This document shows, piece by piece, positions 46,201 to 54,232 of a stretch of DNA of 54,232 nt. The notes under the pieces are model-generated. The model worked only from the letters and a program-made list of their open reading frames with translations. It searched no databases and was not told where the DNA came from. Within the stretch, counting starts at the first letter, position 1, and the number at the start of each line of letters is the position of its first letter. Origin of the DNA: Acidobacteriota bacterium (GTDB lineage: Bacteria > Acidobacteriota > UBA6911 > RPQK01 > JADFOI01); assembly GCA_022562935.1 (NCBI GenBank), contig JADFOI010000004.1:1-54232 (forward strand), read 5' to 3'. The position numbers and the translations under genes were made by a program.

Positions 46201-47501
46201 GGAAAAACCCGCTGAAAATGCTGTCCGATGTCGGTGGCCGACAGAGGGGTGAGGGATATCCTATCGATGTTCAGTTCCTGATGGTGTGCGGCAAAGAAGC
46301 GCTCAAGTGGTATTGGCTGTATATGAGTTCCGGCCAGCCGCATCGGCATGGCAGCCCCACAGATAAAAAGCGGAATGTCCTGACGTATGAGCAGCCTTCG
46401 CAGTAAGAGAAGTGTGGCCTCATCACTGAAGTGAACATCATCGATAAGGAGAATAAGGGGGTGGGAATCGAGAAGCCTGAGAATCATATGGATCAACGTG
46501 GCAAAAAGTGCATTACGCTGAGTCTTTGGATCTTCTGGCTCAAAACGAGCGCTGGGTTCCGCCAACTGCGGCAAAACGTAAGACAAGTAACTGAGTTCCT
46601 TAGGAGTCAGCTCATTCAGGACTTCAATGCCCTTGTCGGGACGCTGATTCATCATCTCAACGAGGATATTGGTGGTCAGGTAGTAGGGACGAAAACCCTC
46701 CTGGGGAACCCCGTTTACCTTGATAGCGACCCTGTCGCTCGCAGAGAAGTTCAGCCCCAGGACTTTTAAGAACTCGCTCTTACCCATCCCCCCGGCACCC
46801 TCGATGATAAGAAATCGGTTTTTACCTTGACTGAAGTCCCCCAAAGCCTCTTTCACCCTTTCGTGTTGAGTCTCACGGCCTGAGTCGTTGACTCCATCCA
46901 GTCGATGGACCGCTGTCTTCGGAAATACCTCTTGGGGGGAAACTTGCCCGGCGTCGATAAGGAGCGCCCGCCCAGACTTCTTGGCGAAGTACAGCGCAGT
47001 ATCTGCTGTCTGGATGAGGGCGTTGCCCGTCTGGACATCGGCAGGAGCCGAGGCCACCCCTATACTGAGCGTGATCGGGAGTTGGCCAACGATTTCGTCC
47101 AACTGGAGGGGTTCGTCCTTGATCCGCTGGAGTATTTGTTGGCCAACTTCCAGTGCCGCTCGCTTATCGGCACCAGGCATGAGAACTATAAACTCATCGC
47201 CTCCGTAGCGAACCGCCAGGCCATTCACTCCAGCCACTGCTTTGATCAGCTTGGCCACCCAAACAAGGACCTGATCGCCAACACTATGACCGTAGGTGTC
47301 GTTGATTTGCTTCAAAGAATCCACATCCATCATAAGCAACGACACCGGTTCTCTCTCCAGAGAGTCCCACTGGACCTTGTGTTGTAAGTATCTGCGAAGA
47401 AAACGGCGGTTGTAGATGCCGCTGAGCTCGTCTTCAAAGATCAGGCGAGAGGGATCCGTGTTCACGTGCTCCAGAAAATAGAGGAGATCCTGATATTCCA
47501 T
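43218..47501 (-). CDS. Diguanylate cyclase (GGDEF) - STAND-like AAA ATPase - two 'LYP' modules - HEAT repeats
   Basis: DELSGIYNRR, DVDSLKQINDTYGH and RYGGDEF; Walker A GAGGMGKS, Walker B LLIDDVH and TEGNPLF; C-terminal HEAT repeats (DESPKVRRAA, ALGQI.DP, DDDSRVRQAA). Confidence 0.9.
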   Translation of the reverse strand: MEYQDLLYFLEHVNTDPSRLIFEDELSGIYNRRFLRRYLQHKVQWDSLEREPVSLLMMDVDSLKQINDTYGHSVGDQVLVWVAKLIKAVAGVNGLAVRYGGDEFIVLMPGADKRAALEVGQQILQRIKDEPLQLDEIVGQLPITLSIGVASAPADVQTGNALIQTADTALYFAKKSGRALLIDAGQVSPQEVFPKTAVHRLDGVNDSGRETQHERVKEALGDFSQGKNRFLIIEGAGGMGKSEFLKVLGLNFSASDRVAIKVNGVPQEGFRPYYLTTNILVEMMNQRPDKGIEVLNELTPKELSYLSYVLPQLAEPSARFEPEDPKTQRNALFATLIHMILRLLDSHPLILLIDDVHFSDEATLLLLRRLLIRQDIPLFICGAAMPMRLAGTHIQPIPLERFFAAHHQELNIDRISLTPLSATDIGQHFQRVFPQMRLPKGFEEQLAQITEGNPLFVSEIMRKLILGGKITLTGQVWSIEPLEKDYLPRSLEEIVSHKIAVLNKESRELLDQASTFGEHVSLSMLAGSSETKETQVTEFIDQAVAQGLIGSQYQMNDETIRFLSRRILDITYGAIQDKRKEELHERVGKYQETRNAQRLLLSAATLAYHFQLSANQEKARFYRDSQQAYDQKIFNAEEAIDYTGGRLSDDGPQDVPLNPAALVHVPEVIRGLLTTLRKIKLYPSGSPAIVSAAGQFKESIDKILDHNDRLNITQSKKVLSVNGEPLDVSEFKSVAEALAILMSRLSLQGIVFSRGLTGNELRVMLESLDQVSTKMIDRRFWQRFVAKHHLQNIALEQVRYTAMVRSDGKLAIAGTLQEAASSLPGGGFASLRAADRGLDEQDLTQIPSLVRSLLTTSTNIKLYPPESQVITDSIEELQAVLQTLLVKRSALTLARVQEVLLVNGQKVDTKDFKAIADGFLRLLEAIGLRSLSFLKHVSTQELRIFIAALREPPVDGFDGEVWHRLARVHGLTGILFDQRTYGILEKTFGTGTGQEETSEETATEAVLEPGQIRPSAAAGPSGPAIVEPETGQFTDAFLQSAETRLRDLFLKGDEEQSGQIIQQLFQDFALQTPTIRTKVILVCGSLLKDLGLASQPQLVELLIDPLLLALAEEEDPQLLEEMGTLLYRTATSLIHFGDYRRASRTLTHLGKRQRQLQERGEGTPLVFIRELEPEFQRVLSENLRSKEPTRLQEATQLLGSLGPVATPLLIDVIKEEDNLEARQIASRLLSELGEEPITLLKRELVLEGSAQQRVRILEVIDKFTRDLKKELDYALEDESPKVRRAALRLIERSNDERLTSLLVDRTSHEDPTVATVAIKSLGKIKPTGAAEVLVSLLESAKDEKRVIASCRALGQIADPASIEPLAQILAPQGFFSFLKKRSPLVRATAAFALAQISNPRVAEVLARHVEDDDSRVRQAARDVVNGQ

Positions 47502-47513
47502 ACTGATCAGACT

Positions 47514-47679
47514 TTAACCCGGATTATGCATAAATTCTCTACTGCACCAACGAAATCATCCGGCCTGCTGCACCGCCCGTGCGACCCGCAAGCGGGTGCC
47601 TCTGTCGCGCGTCGCGAAACGCCGTCAGGTCGTCGTTCTCGTCGCTTCGTGACAAGAACCTATACATGAGCCGGGCTAG
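47514..47679 (+). repeat. MITE-like element, family 1 (copy L)
   Basis: TTAACCCGGATTATGCATA ... TATACATGAGCCGGGCTAG with the family core. Confidence 0.88.
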
Positions 47680-47865
47680 TCAAGAGTCAAAAAAGTCTTC
47701 CTCCTTGCGAGCTTGCGGACATATACTACTAAAAGTTTCGGATTCCCCAAATCTTTCGGTCTTTCAAAGAAACATTGCCTCGCGGATCGAATTCGATGGA
47801 AGAGTTTCAAAGATCTCGACTTGAGTCTCTGACCTGTTTGACCGTTTTGATGGGAAGGACGGGAG

Positions 47866-47965
47866 CTGCACGAGATCGCCCTGGAGCTGGTGGAAGAGGA
47901 ACTTGGCGAAGCCGGGTTCGAACTGTTGTACCGGGAAGACTCCTTCATCGAAAATTCGCAGTCGA
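47866..47965 (+). pseudogene. Possible C-terminal fragment of a SAM methyltransferase
   Basis: LHEIALELVEEELGEAGFELLYREDSFIE resembles methyltransferase C-termini; no intact gene is present. Confidence 0.35.
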
Positions 47966-48125
47966 ACCTGGCGGCGGCGCGCCGTCCGCCCGTCGGAGAG
48001 GGAAAGAGGAGCGTTCCCTTATTTCTATCCTCGACACCTCGCAGGGTGATCTGCTATCCTCCAAGCTTATCACTCCATCTTGTGAACTTTGATTTCGGAA
48101 CGGAATTGGAAGGACGCCAACCCCT

Positions 48126-49778
48126 ATGAATATCTTGCTCTATAACCCCGATAACCAGATGACGCGGAACTACATGCCCCATCTCTGGATGTTCGTTCTC
48201 AAAACCCTGACTCCACCGCAGCATAAGGTGTTCCTGATCGATGGGAATGCCCAGCCCATCAGCGAGCAAGAGATGGCGCAGTTCATCCGAGAAAAAGAAA
48301 TCAAACTGGTAGGGATCGGAGCCATGACGCGAATGGCTGCCAGCGCCTACCGGATGGCGGATGCCATCCGCGCCGCCGGTGCCCTACTGGTGATGGGAGG
48401 GCCCCACGTCAGTGAGGTGCCCGACGAGCCGATCGGACGAACAGAGGAACCTCGCCACGCCGACGCCGTCGCTATCGGTGAGGTTGACGACATCTGGGCA
48501 GACATCGTTGAAGATGCAGAGCGAGGTCAACTCCAGGAAGTCTATCGCCACACCGACGAGTCGGGCAAGGACATCAGGCCCTCGCTGGAGAACTACCCGG
48601 AGATCCCCTGGGAAGAGATCGATCTGAAGCAGTTCGACCTGCTGGGGAAGGTCCCGGCCTGGGGAAGATACCTCCTGAGACGGGTCGGCGTGGACTGGAG
48701 CAATCTCTACATCCTTCCCATCGAGTCGGGCCGCGGCTGCCCTTATGGCTGCGATTTTTGCACGGTCACAGGGTTCTTCGGCAAGTCGATCCGCTTTCGC
48801 AGCAACGAAAGTGTCATCAATGAACTTCTGCGCCTCAAAGCGCGGGCCGCTTCCGAGAAAGGTAAGGTGGGCGTCTTCTTTATCGACGACAACTTTGCCA
48901 TCAACATCAAGCGAACCAAATCACTGCTGCGGGACATGATTGCCCAGGATGCCACGCTACCTTGGGTGGCTCAGATCAGCATGAACCTGCTGAAGGATGA
49001 GGAACTGGTTGATCTGATTGCCCAGAGCGGGGGGCGTTGGATTTTTATGGGGCTGGAGTCGATCGATCCAGCGAGTCTGAAGGAAGTGAACAAAGGTTTC
49101 AATGATCCCCAGCAATACCACGCCGTTCTGGATCGACTGGCTAAACGGGGCATCTACGCCATCACCTCTTTCATCTTCGGAATGGACGGAGATCGACCTG
49201 GCGTAGCCGACAAAACCCTGGAAGCGATTGACTCATGGCCTCCCGGCCTCGCCGTCTTTGGACTTCTCACACCATACCCTGCCACCCCCCTCTATGATCG
49301 TCTCCTCAAGAATAACCGCCTCACGCGCCCCAAGCACTGGCTGGACTTTCGGCCTTTCCAGATGGCCTTCACACCGGAGCATATCAGTATCGAGCAGGCT
49401 GAGCAGGCGGTACGACAGGCCTGGAGCCACTGCTACAGCCCCAAAGCCATTGCCTCGGCTCTGAAGAAAATCGAAGGACGCCCCTTTAACGAGCGTGCCG
49501 CCCTCTTTTTCACGCGGCTGGCATTTCGTGGCATCTATTTTCCCCAGATGACCTTACGGCAATGGCTGATGTTGTTTTTTACCAACGGCCCAAGCCTTCT
49601 GCGTCTGGTGGGAGAGGGTTTCATGGCTCATCGTCGGAACCGGCGCAAGCAGCTCGAGACCTCTCCTGCTGCCGGATCTGTGAAGCAGGCTAGTGGTGTC
49701 CCTTCGCCCGCCATTGAGGTCGAGGCCACACCGCCGGCGGCCCCCGTTCCTGAACGCGCTGTGGCCAGCCGGAGTTAG
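48126..49778 (+). CDS. B12-binding radical SAM protein
   Basis: N-terminal cobalamin-binding domain (LVGIG..VMGGPHVS); SGRGCPYGCDFC, FFIDDNF, GLES, FIFGMDGD and TPYPATPLY. Confidence 0.92.
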   Translation: MNILLYNPDNQMTRNYMPHLWMFVLKTLTPPQHKVFLIDGNAQPISEQEMAQFIREKEIKLVGIGAMTRMAASAYRMADAIRAAGALLVMGGPHVSEVPDEPIGRTEEPRHADAVAIGEVDDIWADIVEDAERGQLQEVYRHTDESGKDIRPSLENYPEIPWEEIDLKQFDLLGKVPAWGRYLLRRVGVDWSNLYILPIESGRGCPYGCDFCTVTGFFGKSIRFRSNESVINELLRLKARAASEKGKVGVFFIDDNFAINIKRTKSLLRDMIAQDATLPWVAQISMNLLKDEELVDLIAQSGGRWIFMGLESIDPASLKEVNKGFNDPQQYHAVLDRLAKRGIYAITSFIFGMDGDRPGVADKTLEAIDSWPPGLAVFGLLTPYPATPLYDRLLKNNRLTRPKHWLDFRPFQMAFTPEHISIEQAEQAVRQAWSHCYSPKAIASALKKIEGRPFNERAALFFTRLAFRGIYFPQMTLRQWLMLFFTNGPSLLRLVGEGFMAHRRNRRKQLETSPAAGSVKQASGVPSPAIEVEATPPAAPVPERAVASRS

Positions 49779-50059
49779 CCGCAGCGGATGCTCTGCCTCC
49801 CGTCTCACCTGCGGCCCGTTTCGAAAAATGGGTTCTCCAGAGCCCTCATGGGAGCTTTCTCCAAGCCCTTGGAAATTCATTAGATGGAGGCTGTTTCTGG
49901 CCCCTTTTCGGACAGCGGAATTTCCTTAAGTGATTGAAGAACAAAGGCTTCCATCCCACTTGACTCGAACGCCCGTTCTGCTCTAAAGTGCTCTGGACAA
50001 CGGTCAATATATCTCCCTTGGGATGCCGCACCGCAGGCGGCCTGGAAAGGACCAATCAC

Positions 50060-50422
50060 ATGGCAAAGGTACGATATTTCGTGGACGACGTGGACGCTGC
50101 TGTGAGCTTCTACGTCCAACATCTAGGCTTTGAATTGAATTTTAATGCGGGGCCCTTTGCAATGATTGAGAAGGACGACCTCACCCTGTGGATCAGCGGC
50201 GCGAAGACGTCGGCAGGCAAGCCCATGCTCGACGGTAGTGTGCCCAAACCCGGAGGATGGAATCGATTCATCTTCGAGGTTGACGACATTGAGGCCGTGG
50301 TCGCATCAATGAAGAAGGCAGGCATCCACTTCCGCAACGACATCATCACCGGCGTTGGCGGGAAGCAGATCATCGCCGAGGACCCGTCTGGCAACCCGAT
50401 TGAAGTGTTTCAGGCGGCCTGA
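50060..50422 (+). CDS. VOC/glyoxalase family protein
   Basis: VRYFVDDVDAAVSFY..LGF, PGGWNRF..VDDI and EDPSGNPIEVF. Confidence 0.9.
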   Translation: MAKVRYFVDDVDAAVSFYVQHLGFELNFNAGPFAMIEKDDLTLWISGAKTSAGKPMLDGSVPKPGGWNRFIFEVDDIEAVVASMKKAGIHFRNDIITGVGGKQIIAEDPSGNPIEVFQAA

Positions 50423-50552
50423 CGCTTCGCCTCATCGACAAATCCGAAGATATTCAATCCTCACAAATCCGAGTTGTTGACCGGGGTTGAGGAGAGACCT
50501 ATCTGGGCGGCTCTCAGCACTCATGGATTATCTTGAACTCATTGAAAACAAG

Positions 50553-50600
50553 TGGTACGCCCGGCAGGATTCGAACCTGCGACCTTTGGTTCCGGAGACC
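50553..50600 (-). mobile_element. tRNA-Arg(CCG) 3' fragment, i.e. att core of an integrative element
   Basis: Minus strand reads GGT-CTCCGGA-ACCAAAGGTC-GCAGG-TTCGAAT-CCTGC-CGGGCGT-ACCA (anticodon loop, T arm, CCA). The D arm and 5' acceptor strand are absent. Confidence 0.85.
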
Positions 50601-50744
50601 CGGTTCCCTACCCTACCAAGTCGTAACAACAGCTAACACCAACAACCTGGGTCCGGTTTTCGCAGGTCGGCCCTTACCAACTATTACCAACCGCTACCAA
50701 CCAAGATGGGAGGAAAACGGGAGGACAATTTCCATCAAGTGAAC

Positions 50745-50933
50745 ATGAACCTAGACAGGAACTACCAGCTCATCAGCGACGAGCATAACTTCATCCTCCA
50801 GCGCAAAGTACCGCTGCGCAAGAAACGAGCAGGCAAAACTAAAGATTGGAGAAACGTCGGCTACTGGAAGGATGTTGGCCAAGCGCTGGCCAACTACGCA
50901 CGGCAAAGTATCAGAGACGACATGCCCGCCTAG
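50745..50933 (+). CDS. Small phage/island-type hypothetical protein, probably truncated
   Basis: MNLDRNYQLISDEHNFILQRK..W..VGYW....AL..Y pattern; collides with the ardC fragment. Confidence 0.45.
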   Translation: MNLDRNYQLISDEHNFILQRKVPLRKKRAGKTKDWRNVGYWKDVGQALANYARQSIRDDMPA

Positions 50934-51134
50934 CTGCTTTGCCTGCCGGAAGGTGAGCCAATAAGGATTGGCATAGCGGCTCACGCCAAGCAAAAACACA
51001 TTGATGCCTCGATACTCGCGCTTGCTAATCAGGTTCTTGGCTGCTTCGCTAGACCATGGTTGATGCCACGGGACGCAGCCTTGCTCAAGCTTCTCTATGA
51101 TTGTCTCGGTGATGATTTCGAAAGCTTTGTTCAT
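50919..51134 (-). pseudogene. ardC: ArdC-like antirestriction/ssDNA-binding protein, N-terminal fragment
   Basis: IT..IIEKLEQG.VPWHQPW, N.IS.REYRGIN..LL and YWLTFRQAKQLGGHV; similarity stops after ~72 aa; AAGGAG RBS. Confidence 0.8.
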
Positions 51135-51182
51135 GGTTCTCTCCTTGGTCGAGGGGCAACCCGAAGACTACCCTGAGTGGAT

Positions 51183-51416
51183 CTAGCGAATGACTAACTT
51201 GAAAAAAGTCGTCGGCTTGGTGCAGGAGAGAATCCGGCTAGCGTAGCCAGCACTCCGCAAGCGAATCACAACGTCTTTCAAGGCGACGCTGCGACGCTCG
51301 CAAGCTTTCAAGCTCACTGAGCGCGCTCCGGCTTCGAGCTGGTTGGCCAGCGTGGCGTAGCGCGCCAAGTCGAATTGAGAGATTTTGGTTGGTTAGGATA
51401 AGATTTGTGTAGCCAT
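51183..51416 (-). pseudogene. Small island gene with a premature stop
   Basis: GGAGG RBS, then MATQILS* in frame with the 51183..51368 ORF. Confidence 0.45.
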
Positions 51417-51495
51417 TTCAAACCTCCAAACAGGTTTGGGTTGTCAGTCCCTGCTAGCTGTTTGCGTAGCTGGTAGGGACGCTATAACCACCAGG

Positions 51496-51675
51496 TTAAG
51501 GTTTAGAAGACAGGTACTCTGTTACTGCCTTCCTAAGTAGAAAAGACAGGCTGCGCTCGTCTTCCTCTGCCAACCTCTTCAGCTTTGTGTGCTGTGCCTG
51601 AGTCAATCGAACAGTGAGAATCCGCTCCTTGATTTGCTTTCTGGGCTTCAGCTGCTGCCCTTTCCGTGGGGTCAT
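51496..51675 (-). CDS. Ribbon-helix-helix (CopG/Arc-like) repressor, 59 aa; not in the ORF track
   Basis: Manual translation: MTPRKGQQLKPRKQIKERILTVRLTQAQHTKLKRLAEEDERSLSFLLRKAVTEYLSSKP*. Confidence 0.8.
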   Translation of the reverse strand: MTPRKGQQLKPRKQIKERILTVRLTQAQHTKLKRLAEEDERSLSFLLRKAVTEYLSSKP

Positions 51676-51709
51676 ATTTACATTGTATACGATGTAAATA
51701 CAATGTCAA
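51676..51709 (-). promoter_or_regulatory. sigma70 promoter with overlapping palindromic operator; leaderless
   Basis: TTGACA-16-TACAAT-6-ATG on the minus strand; palindrome ATTTACATTGTATACGATGTAAAT. Confidence 0.7.
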
Positions 51710-52923
51710 GAGAAAAGTGCATGCAAGTAAATTCTTTTCTTGAGGCTGTCAGCTAGTTATGCGGGATTCATGCCCAGGTCAATGGGTTGGATGGCTCAAC
51801 CTGTGACATCTTGGGAGTATAATTGAAGTTGGGAGGAGTCAGGCGCGACTTCTCTCCTCCAAAAGCGAAGCGCCGACACACCACTCGTGTCACCTGCTCC
51901 TCCCATTGCTAAGCCTACTTTCACTGTAGACAAGTGGCAAGCTATTTCTGCAGGCCGATTCACCCAAGGGCAAACCGAATCGGCGGGACTCCAGTTCCAG
52001 TTTGCTACGACAGTGAGGAGACTCTTGAGCCTTTTCTCGGCCATTTTTCACATATCTAAATATGAGCGAAAAAACAGAGCTAAACTGGGCTGGCCTCCTG
52101 TTCGCGTCCGCAATGATGTCGCTTCTTTTCTGGATCGGACTGATCAGCTTGATTTGTGACCTTTCTGCTTGCATAATCCAGAACAATGGGATGCGGTAAG
52201 TCGCCCTTATCTCTCCCCCAATGCAGTGATTAGGGCGACGCATTCCCTTCCTCTCAAACAGATCCTGGAACCAATTCACCAAAGCGAAAAACGCCAGTGG
52301 CCGGAGTCCCGTCTCCTTTGGTGTCCAGATGGGGGGAACCATGCAGATGCATGCACACCCTGGAAAAGGCCTGGGGACTCCTAGCGAGCTGAAATTTTTT
52401 TAAAGATTTCACAGCTGAAACCCCGCAATCAACAGAGACACAATCACTATTGAGAGAATCAACAGAGCAATCACCAACGTCTTTCTCAGCAAAAAAACCC
52501 TCCTGTGCTTGAACGTTTCCTCAATCTCATTTGGCCTGAACAGCAAGATTGCGCTCGATTTGCACTGCATATACCCTAAATAGTGTGTGACAGGAGCACA
52601 GCTACGGTTTAAACTTCGCCCGACTGTGAAGACAAAGCCGCATTCTAAGCAGCTACTCCGCCTCAAGGCCAAGACATCTTGGAGCTGAAAAAGGATGTGC
52701 CGTGAAATTCATCGAGTGATGGGCGAGGAAGGCCCTTCGCACACCACTCTCTTCAGGTAGGCCAGCGCGGAACAGTCAAGCGGCCAAATGTCCTAGTAGA
52801 GCGATATGAGCAGCAGGCGATTCACAAGCTAACCGTTGAGTTAAGCCAGAAGTAAGATTTACCAAAACGAATCGACCCCAGGGAGAAGTGCACTTCCTTG
52901 TCGGGTTGGCCTAGAATCTTCCT

Positions 52924-53346
52924 ATGGATAATTGCGTATTCTGCGACATCGTCGAAGGAAGCTCTCCCGCAAGTATTGTCTTTCAAGACGAGACTTGCAT
53001 CGTCTTCATGGATATTCAGCCCGTCAACCGAGGCCACATGCTCGTTGTGCCGAAGGAACATTCGGCCTCCCTATCAGAGCTGAAGCCGGATATTGGTGCA
53101 CATCTATTCAAGGTAGCTCAGCACATGGCGCAAGCAATTCGACGAAGTGATGTCAGGTGCGAAGGCATCAATGTCTTCATGGCCGATGGCAAGGCAGCTG
53201 GACAAGATATCTTCCATGTACATCTCCATGTACTGCCTCGCTACTCTGGAGATAACTTTGGTTTGCAGTTCGGCGAGTCCTATGGAGAGAGACCAAGCCA
53301 AGAAGAGTTGGATGCTATTGCCAAGGATATTAGTGGTAGTGTCTAA
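52924..53346 (+). CDS. HIT family protein
   Basis: CVFC, FMDIQPVNRGHMLVVPKEH, and the histidine triad AGQDIFHVHLHVLPR. Confidence 0.95.
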   Translation: MDNCVFCDIVEGSSPASIVFQDETCIVFMDIQPVNRGHMLVVPKEHSASLSELKPDIGAHLFKVAQHMAQAIRRSDVRCEGINVFMADGKAAGQDIFHVHLHVLPRYSGDNFGLQFGESYGERPSQEELDAIAKDISGSV

Positions 53347-53547
53347 AGTAAAACCGACAAGCCTAGGAATCCTACCTTCTCTCCGTCCAGGTGGGATGAG
53401 ACTCGCAGACGTGCGCCCTAGAAAAAGCCGCTTGTGACTCCTAGCGGGCGAAAAAATAATTTTTGGAATTTTCAGCGGCGGAGCATCAAAGGCTGAAGAT
53501 TCATCCGCTCCGGCCTTCGCCGATTTCGGTGTGGCCTCTCCTCCCAT

Positions 53548-53860
53548 TTAATAGCCAAACTTGAAGACGAAGCCGATGCCAGCTCGGTAAGTCCAGCGCC
53601 ATTCGTCGGCAAAGTGATCTGCTATGTAATCTATTTGCACCATGCGGAAGGCTCCCCAGTCGCCTACATTAATGTCTGCATCGCCGCTAAATTTGACTGC
53701 AAAAGCTGTCTCGCTAAGTCCGTCACCAACCTCTAGGAGTGGAAAAGTGCCGAGTCCTGAGACGCGAGCATAGTTGAGGCCAACCAGAGCATGCGCAAAG
53801 AGCGTACCTTCGTCGATGCGCATCGTGAGACGTGGACCAACCAAAAACTCGTAGAATTGA
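53548..53860 (-). pseudogene. C-terminal fragment of a small outer-membrane beta-barrel protein
   Basis: YEFLVGPR..FAHALVG..SETAFA...G..DI..AFRMVQIDY..YRAGIGFVFKF; no signal peptide or N-terminus. Confidence 0.6.
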
Positions 53861-54064
53861 GTCGTGATGCAGAGAAATGTATATAGAAGTGTTGTTAAAG
53901 AACCCTGCTCCAGCCCGTCCAGCACTGGGGAAGACCCGCGACAAGAGCCAGCCCGTCAGCATCGCAAGGGTTTTCCGTGCGTTCAGGGACCGGCCAGGCT
54001 CGATGCTAGTGTAGGTTGGGGGAGAGGAACAGCGGTTCGCTCTAGGTGCCTGACCGCGCAGCGC

Positions 54065-54232
54065 TCATTCCGGAGCCATGACGGTCATCCCCTCGGCAAC
54101 CTGGATGGCTCCCTTCAGATCGTCCACAGCGAGTACGACGTGCCCTGCAGTGGTCACGTAGAGGGAGTCGATGTTGATGCCTGCGTCCGTCATCACAAGC
54201 GCCACGTCACCCAGCATGCCCGGGTCGTCCAG
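54065..54232 (-). CDS. ACT-domain protein, C-terminal part (window edge)
   Basis: Manual translation: LDDPGMLGDVALVMTDAGINIDSLYVTTAGHVVLAVDDLKGAIQVAEGMTVMAPE*. Confidence 0.7.
   Translation of the reverse strand: MDDPGMLGDVALVMTDAGINIDSLYVTTAGHVVLAVDDLKGAIQVAEGMTVMAPE

Noticed and set aside
1571-47679. CRISPR array or integron attC cassette array
   Set aside because: The repeats are dispersed, variable in length and orientation, with no regular spacers. There are no cas or intI genes and no consistent RYYYAAC/GTTRRRY ends.
48126-49778. Specific call as a hopanoid methylase (HpnP/HpnR)
   Set aside because: The motifs support only the general B12 radical SAM class, and there is no hpn gene context.
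50553-50630. Complete tRNA-Arg gene
   Set aside because: There is no D arm or 5' acceptor strand; only the 3' part is present.

Overview
This looks like a ~54-kb, moderately GC-rich bacterial segment; the protein repertoire suggests Acidobacteriota (inference). Main gene content: a soxCD-like pair; a pentapeptide/KAP-NTPase fusion; an RpoD-like sigma factor lacking region 1.1, downstream of a ferredoxin; a coenzyme F420 cluster (npdG-cofD-cofC-cofE) with F420-dependent LLM/PPOX enzymes and a convergent SagB/ThcOx-type nitroreductase; a block with SPOR proteins, a MinD/FlhG-like ATPase, an AbiJ-like protein and a YhaO/YhaN (Mre11/Rad50-like) pair; and a 1427-aa GGDEF-STAND-like ATPase-HEAT protein. 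Near the right end, a tRNA-Arg(CCG) 3' fragment (att site) is followed by decayed island genes. The most striking non-genic feature is at least 13 MITE-like palindromic elements (30-240 bp, TA/CTAG-type ends). They form two core families whose terminal inverted repeats differ between copies yet stay self-complementary. Many sit on stop codons or 10-14 bp before start codons, one interrupts the soxD start, and two bracket a 3.3-kb segment with perfect 52-bp inverted repeats. The first ~0.9 kb (IS630, much higher GC) appears foreign or chimeric. All calls come from reading the sequence; no database searches were run.
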